Shown here: piece after piece, positions 59,082 to 64,000 of the stretch | How the letters are laid out: the number at the start of each line of letters is the position of its first letter | Numbering within the stretch: position 1 is the stretch's first letter | Origin: Candidatus Omnitrophota bacterium | Lineage (GTDB): Bacteria; Omnitrophota; Gorgyraeia; Zapsychrales; Fredricksoniimonadaceae | Assembly (NCBI GenBank): GCA_903944345.1 | Contig: CAJARJ010000015.1 | Coordinates: 70,433 to 134,432, forward strand | DNA: 64,000 bases | Reading direction: 5' to 3' | Made by a program: the position numbers and the translations under genes | Notes under the pieces: generated by a model | Databases searched by the model: none | Seen by the model: the letters and a program-made list of their open reading frames with translations, nothing else | Told to the model about the DNA's origin: nothing

Positions 59082-62000
59082 CTACCGCCCCCCCCGCGCG
59101 TATAGGTAAAATTATTTTGACCATTGTCCCCTTTCCCTTATCGCTTTCAACGGTTATCGATCCGGCATGTAACATGACTAATCGATGACATACCGCAAGT
59201 CCAAGGCCCGTGCCTGTTGTTTTTGTAGTAAAAAACGGGGCAAAAACCTTCTCCAGGTTTTCCTTGTCAATCCCTTCCCCATTATCTTTTATCATTATAG
59301 CAACACCGGAATCATTAACCCGGGACTCGATATTTATTATACCGCCATCCTTATTCAACGCGTCAAAAGCGTTATTCAAGACATTACTGAACACTTCTTT
59401 CATTTGAAGATAATCCGCTTCTATGAAAATCCCTTCCGATGGATCTGTTTTCACATTAACAGCTGTGGCTTGACCCGGAAACCTTCCCGTCACCTCATCA
59501 ATACATTCTTGAAGAACACCGTTAATTTTGACAGGCTGGAATCGGACCGTCTTAATCTTCGAATACGATAAAACATTGTTTATGATCTGATCAGCCTCTG
59601 AAATTCTCTTGTCGATAGTACTTAAATCCTCCTGGATCCGCGGATCCTTGATCATTTTCTTGATATGGTAGGCTGACAATCCTACGGCTGCTAATGGGTT
59701 GCGCAGCTCGTGAGCGACGGTCGATGCTAATACTCCAATATCCGCGAGACGTTTTGCGCGTTCCAATTCTATTTGCGTCACAGCAAGGTCATGCGCTTGT
59801 TCTTTGACCAAGATTTTTAATGTCTCTTCATCTCGCTTCAAAATTTCTTCGGCTTCTTTTCGAATTGTAATGTCTGTGGACGTACCCACCAAACGGGTAA
59901 ACTTTGCATCCCCGTCAAAAGACGCTTCCCCGCTCTCCTCCAGTACTGCCAGCGCACCATCGCCGCGCACTATTCGATATTCAACCAAATAATTATTCAT
60001 GCCTGGTTTAAGGGCTTTCAGCGTATTAACAAACCGCTCGCGATCATCAGGATGAACGCGTAGAAAATACTTCCGACCGGTATCAGTTTGTGCCTCTTCT
60101 GCTGACAGCCCCAGAACAGGTCCACAGCTTTCCGAGCGAACAACCCTATCGCTGACCGGATCCCATTCAAACGCGAAGGAATGGCTAACCCGCAGGGCTA
60201 TCTGCATCCTTTTCTCGCTCTCTGCCAGCACTTCTTCGGCATGCTTGCGGGCAGTAATATCCGTTGAGATTCCACCGACGGCGTATATCTTTCCCGCCAC
60301 GTCGCGCAGGGGAAACTTCGTCGTCAGCCACGTAATTGAGCAGCCCGGAAACTTGCTCTGCTCCTCGAAGTCCAGCGTCCGTCCCGCCTCAATCACCTTG
60401 CGATCGTTGGCCTCATGCCAGTCAGCGTCAGCCTGCGGCATGAAGTCGCTGCGGCGCTTGCCGATCATCTGGTCCGGCGTGGAGTTAAGTAGTTGGGCGA
60501 TGGCGGCATTAGCCAACACAAACCTTCCTTCCAGATCGAAGGCATAGACAATGGCCGTCGCGTTATCAATGATATTCTGGATCTGCCGGTGCGCCGCGGC
60601 CAGCGATTCCTCGTCCTTCGCATGCTTCGCGCGTAATCTTATGATTGATATTCCATAAGCAATGTCATTGGCCAATTCAGAAAGCAATTGCACTTCTTTT
60701 TCCAGAAAAGGATCCGGTTCTTTTGAATATATAGTTATTGCGCCGAGAGTGGAATTGCTCTCAATTAAGGGAAGAGCTATTGAAGAGGCATAACCTCTTT
60801 TTATTGCTTCCTCGCGCCAAGGTTCCATTTTGGGATCCGTCAGCATGTTTCTGCAAACACAAAATTCTCCGGTGCGAATGGCCATCCCTGTCGGCCCACG
60901 GCCGTGCTCCGTATCCGCCCAGTTAATGTTCACTATTTTCAGATACCCTTCGCCAAACCCCGCCTGTGCGACCGGCCGCACTGTTTTAACTTCATCGTTT
61001 TCGGAAAATCCGACCCAAACCATAACGTAACCGAAATTCTCGACAATTATTTTACAAACTTCGTTCAGATAATCCGCCTCATTGCTGGCGCGCAGCATGA
61101 CCTTATCCAAATCGCTAAGCGCCTTAAGCGCCCTGTTGAGCTTTCTAAGCTCTACTTCGTTCTGGCGGAGGGCATTCTCATTACGTTTGCGATCGGTGAT
61201 GTCCTGCGAAATACCGAAGCCGCCAAGCAGCACGCCTGCGGCGTCGAACTCGAGATACGCCTTCTCGCGCACCCATCTCACCTCCCCGTCTACGATGAGG
61301 CGATGCTCGATGTCGTAGGGCTCGCCACGCATGCCTGCCTGCCACTGGGCGTCCACGTATTGGCGATCATCGGGATGGATGCATCCCAGAAAGGTCTCAT
61401 AGGTCAGCGGCGTCCCCATGGGCAGACCGAAAATGCGGTAATTTTCGTCGGACCACGTCAAGATATTGTGCTGCATGTTAAGTCGCCACGAGCCGATCTG
61501 CGCAACGGTCTGGGCACGGGCGAAGTCCTCGCGGCTCTCGCGCAGCTGCTCCCGAATGCCCCTGCTTTTGGTGATATCGATACAAATGCCGCTCATGCGC
61601 ACGGCGTCGCCCTTTTCATCGTAAACTGTACTGCCCTTGGAATTTATCCAGCGGACCTCACCTGTAGGCAAAACGACCCTGTACTCGCTGTCAAGAGGGG
61701 CCCGATCTTTAATGGCTTCTTCGATCATGGACTGTGCAAACTGAATATCTTCCGGGTGCAACACGCTGTTCCACAAGTCAAAGCTGGCTTGAGTCTTCGC
61801 TGGATCAAGACCAAATAGAAAAAATAATTCCGACGACCAATGGATCTTGCCGCTTCTGATATCCCAATCCCAGACACCGGCACCGGCTGCTGTTTGCGCG
61901 AACCTTAACCGCTCTTCGTTCTTCCGCAGCAATTCTTCGCTGTGTTTGCGTTCAGTAATGTCCAGCGTTGCGCCCGGTTATAGACCCAACGCACACTGCC

Positions 62001-63074
62001 GTCGGGTCGCACTATCCTGTGTTCCAGCTCATAGATCGAGCCGCTGCGCATGGCTGCGGTGAAGGTCTCGTGCAGCAGGGTCGCATCGTCCGGATGAATA
62101 TACCTGGCAACCATGTCCGCATATACCGGCGATTGCCCCGCCGGATTGAGTCCGTAAATGCGGAACTCCTCCTCCGACCAGATTGTGGTTTGGGTGGCGA
62201 CAATGTATTCAAAACTGCCGAGGTGCGCTATCTTCTGTCCCTCGGACTGCAGTTGGCTCATCCGCACCAGCGCCGCCTCAGCCTGCTTGCGCTCGGTAAT
62301 ATCGATATTAACACCGAACACACGAATAACCTTCCCTGCTTCATCATAGAGCGCGCCACCCTTTGTTGAAATCCAGCGGTACTCTCCTGAGGAATGACGG
62401 CCACGAAATTCAAAGTCAAACGACTTGTACTCCTTTATCGCCTTATCTCGTTTGACCTCAATTCTGCTAATGTCATCCGGGTGCACCTGTTCACGCCAAT
62501 CCTGGTATGTCTTAATGGTTCCAGGAGGCAGTCCGTACAGTTTATTAAGCTCCGGTGTGAACTCAAGCGCTCCGGACTCAACATTCCAGTCCCAAATTCC
62601 AATATTTGCGCTCTCCTGCGCCAGCCTCAGTCGCTCCTCGCTTTTGCGAAGGGCCAAGGCCTTGTCATAGTCGGCAGCCTTGTGCCGATGGTGGCGGTAG
62701 AGTTCAGCAAACACGCTCATGAAGAAGCCCATGCTAATAAAAAGCACCAACCCCACGCGTTCGACAGGCGATGCGATAGCTATCCCTTCAGGCGGGAGAA
62801 CCCAGTATGCCACAAAAAAGCCCGATAATACCGTTGCCCCCAAGCCCGGCCCGAAACCACCCAACAATGCCGTCGTCATCACCATCGGATAAAACGTAAT
62901 GTAGGTAGGCAATCCGGGGCCAATCCCCCCTGTCACCGCCTGCCGCAACCCAAAACCAGCCGCCACACCCACCAGCGACAGACTATACCGTAAAAGAAAC
63001 CGCAGAAGCAGCTGATTAGGCACACCTGCCAACAATAGATTCTCCCCTCGCAAAGTGCTTTTACTTTCTTCCAC
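59053..63074 (-). pseudogene. Membrane (DUF4118-like) multi-PAS/GAF histidine kinase split by a frameshifting deletion near 61970
   Basis: ORFs 61905-63110 and 59053-61932 join as WVYNRA / GATLDITERKHSEELLRKNEERL; AHELRNPL, GTGLGL kinase core intact. Confidence 0.85.
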
Positions 63075-63184
63075 TGAATCTCCCTCCACACATAAAAAAG
63101 ACGCAGACAAAACCCACTGCGCCTGAAATATACTCCCTAGCGGACTCTTTTCTTTAAACTTACCATGTCGATTCTCTCAACCTT

Positions 63185-63370
63185 TCAAAGCAGTGAACTT
63201 TTCAGCTTATCATCAATGTATTTTACAATATCTTCTTTTAGAATTCTATACCCGCCACGACGTCCTTCCCCGTATCCTCTCAGCTTTTTCAGTCGAACAA
63301 GCTGACGGATATACGCTTCCCCGACCTTTAAATATTCTGCCGCTTCTTTTGTCGTAAGAATATCATCCAC
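63185..63370 (-). CDS. Small excisionase-like/MerR-like HTH DNA-binding protein (HTH_17)
   Basis: ILTTKEAAEYLKV...IRQLVR..KL.G....GGYRILKEDI. Confidence 0.88.
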   Translation of the reverse strand: MDDILTTKEAAEYLKVGEAYIRQLVRLKKLRGYGEGRRGGYRILKEDIVKYIDDKLKSSLL

Positions 63371-63390
63371 AATAAACCCTATCTAACAGG

Positions 63391-63430
63391 CTTCAATTGC
63401 TTCTCATTGACTCTAATGTGATTTAATGTG
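63391..63430. repeat. Four degenerate direct repeats with 10-bp period
   Basis: CTTCAATTGC/TTCTCATTGA/CTCTAATGTG/ATTTAATGTG between promoter and HTH gene. Confidence 0.55.
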
Positions 63431-63435
63431 GAGAG

Positions 63436-63484
63436 ATTCTATTAACCCGCTCAAAATTGGTCAATTATACCTGGGTATAACAGG
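63436..63484 (-). promoter_or_regulatory. Regulon box 9 (perfect) plus promoter of HTH-kinase-RR operon
   Basis: TTATACC-TG-GGTATAA 63465-63480; minus TTGACC-17-TAGAAT. Confidence 0.85.
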
Positions 63485-63885
63485 CCGTATTTAATTCCAG
63501 GCTAGAACTCAGGGCAGGTCGGGGCAATATAAATACCCTATTGAGGGGCAATAAAAGAAAGACAGTGCGCATGCTTAGCCGCCCACGCCTTGTCTGACTT
63601 TTTGTACCATTGGTATTTTGTTCCCAGAAAACAGCAGAAATACTCTTTCAATCTGCTCGCCGGGTAGTTTTGTGTATTACTCCTCCCGGAAATTTCTATC
63701 CTGCCAGCTTACGTGGCAAAACTATTTCTTCTCTTTTACTTCCCGTGCCTTGTGGCATTGATGGCGAATCTCGTTTATGCCAATTTGTGGCTCTGGCAAT
63801 TTAAAATCCAACGATTCAAGCTTTTCAATTGCGGTCTTTGATTACTGATTTTGCTTCCTTCATGGCGATACTCCTTTTTTGATTG

Positions 63886-64000
63886 TTATAATTTCACGTT
63901 CCGTAGCCTCAAGGCGTTGCCGATGACCGAGACGGAACTCAAACTCATCGCGGCACCTGCAATGATCGGACTAAGCAACAAGCCGAAGAACGGGTAAAGC
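63886..64000 (-). CDS. copA: Copper-translocating P1B-type ATPase, C-terminal end
   Basis: [37 protein letters not shown]. Confidence 0.88.
   Translation of the reverse strand, partial: LYPFFGLLLSPIIAGAAMSLSSVSVIGNALRLRNVKL

Noticed and set aside
61905-61990. Programmed ribosomal frameshift joining the two kinase ORFs
   Set aside because: No slippery heptamer, and about 15 codons of the PAS domain are physically absent
721-62828. Many plus-strand ORFs in the track (e.g. 1017-2153, 11379-12500, 19755-20603, 60904-61818)
   Set aside because: Antisense shadows of well-supported minus-strand genes with no recognisable motifs; only 48256-48708 and 48711-49691 look real on plus
63185-63370. Prophage or ICE excisionase marking a mobile element
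   Set aside because: No integrase, att site, tRNA or phage genes nearby; context is a signalling operon
21478-63480. Recurring palindrome as CRISPR repeat, REP/MITE or alternative-sigma promoter
   Set aside because: Copies are dispersed, degenerate and at fixed distance from sigma70-like -35/-10 elements; no spacers or target duplications; dyad symmetry and bidirectional use fit a dimeric transcription factor

Overview
Bacterial chromosomal DNA, almost entirely coded on the minus strand and consistent with an anaerobe (Feo, 2-oxoacid:ferredoxin oxidoreductase, ferritin/rubrerythrin-like protein, NifX/MinD-ferredoxin cluster); taxonomy cannot be fixed from the sequence. I found no rRNA, tRNA, CRISPR, integrase or transposase. 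1-20.7 kb holds metal/redox/efflux modules, most with a visible operator: DtxR-feoAB, a C_GCAxxG_C_C/thioredoxin unit, a TetR-RND pump, an Acr3-like transporter with a CoA-(per)sulfide reductase, a Fur-NifX-MinD/ferredoxin-MBL operon, and leuA with a Leu-codon attenuator. 20.8-64 kb is a stress island (csbD, DUF3309, DUF2934, two lmo0937-family genes, DUF883, cyclic beta-1,2-glucan synthase, cpo, Fe/Mn-SOD, korAB, FMN reductase) interspersed with ars, kdp and two-component genes. Main discovery: a 16-bp palindrome (best copy TTATACC-TG-GGTATAA) recurs 8-9 times, each time abutting a sigma70-like -35, which defines a putative class-II activated stress regulon. The local candidate regulators are broken: a FixJ/StyR-type response-regulator relic and a PAS kinase frameshifted by an apparent microhomology deletion. 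Second candidate novelty: a MerR regulator whose 19-bp-spacer promoter drives a separately encoded 58-aa copy of its own effector domain. Several small ORFs missing from the ORF track were recovered by hand.
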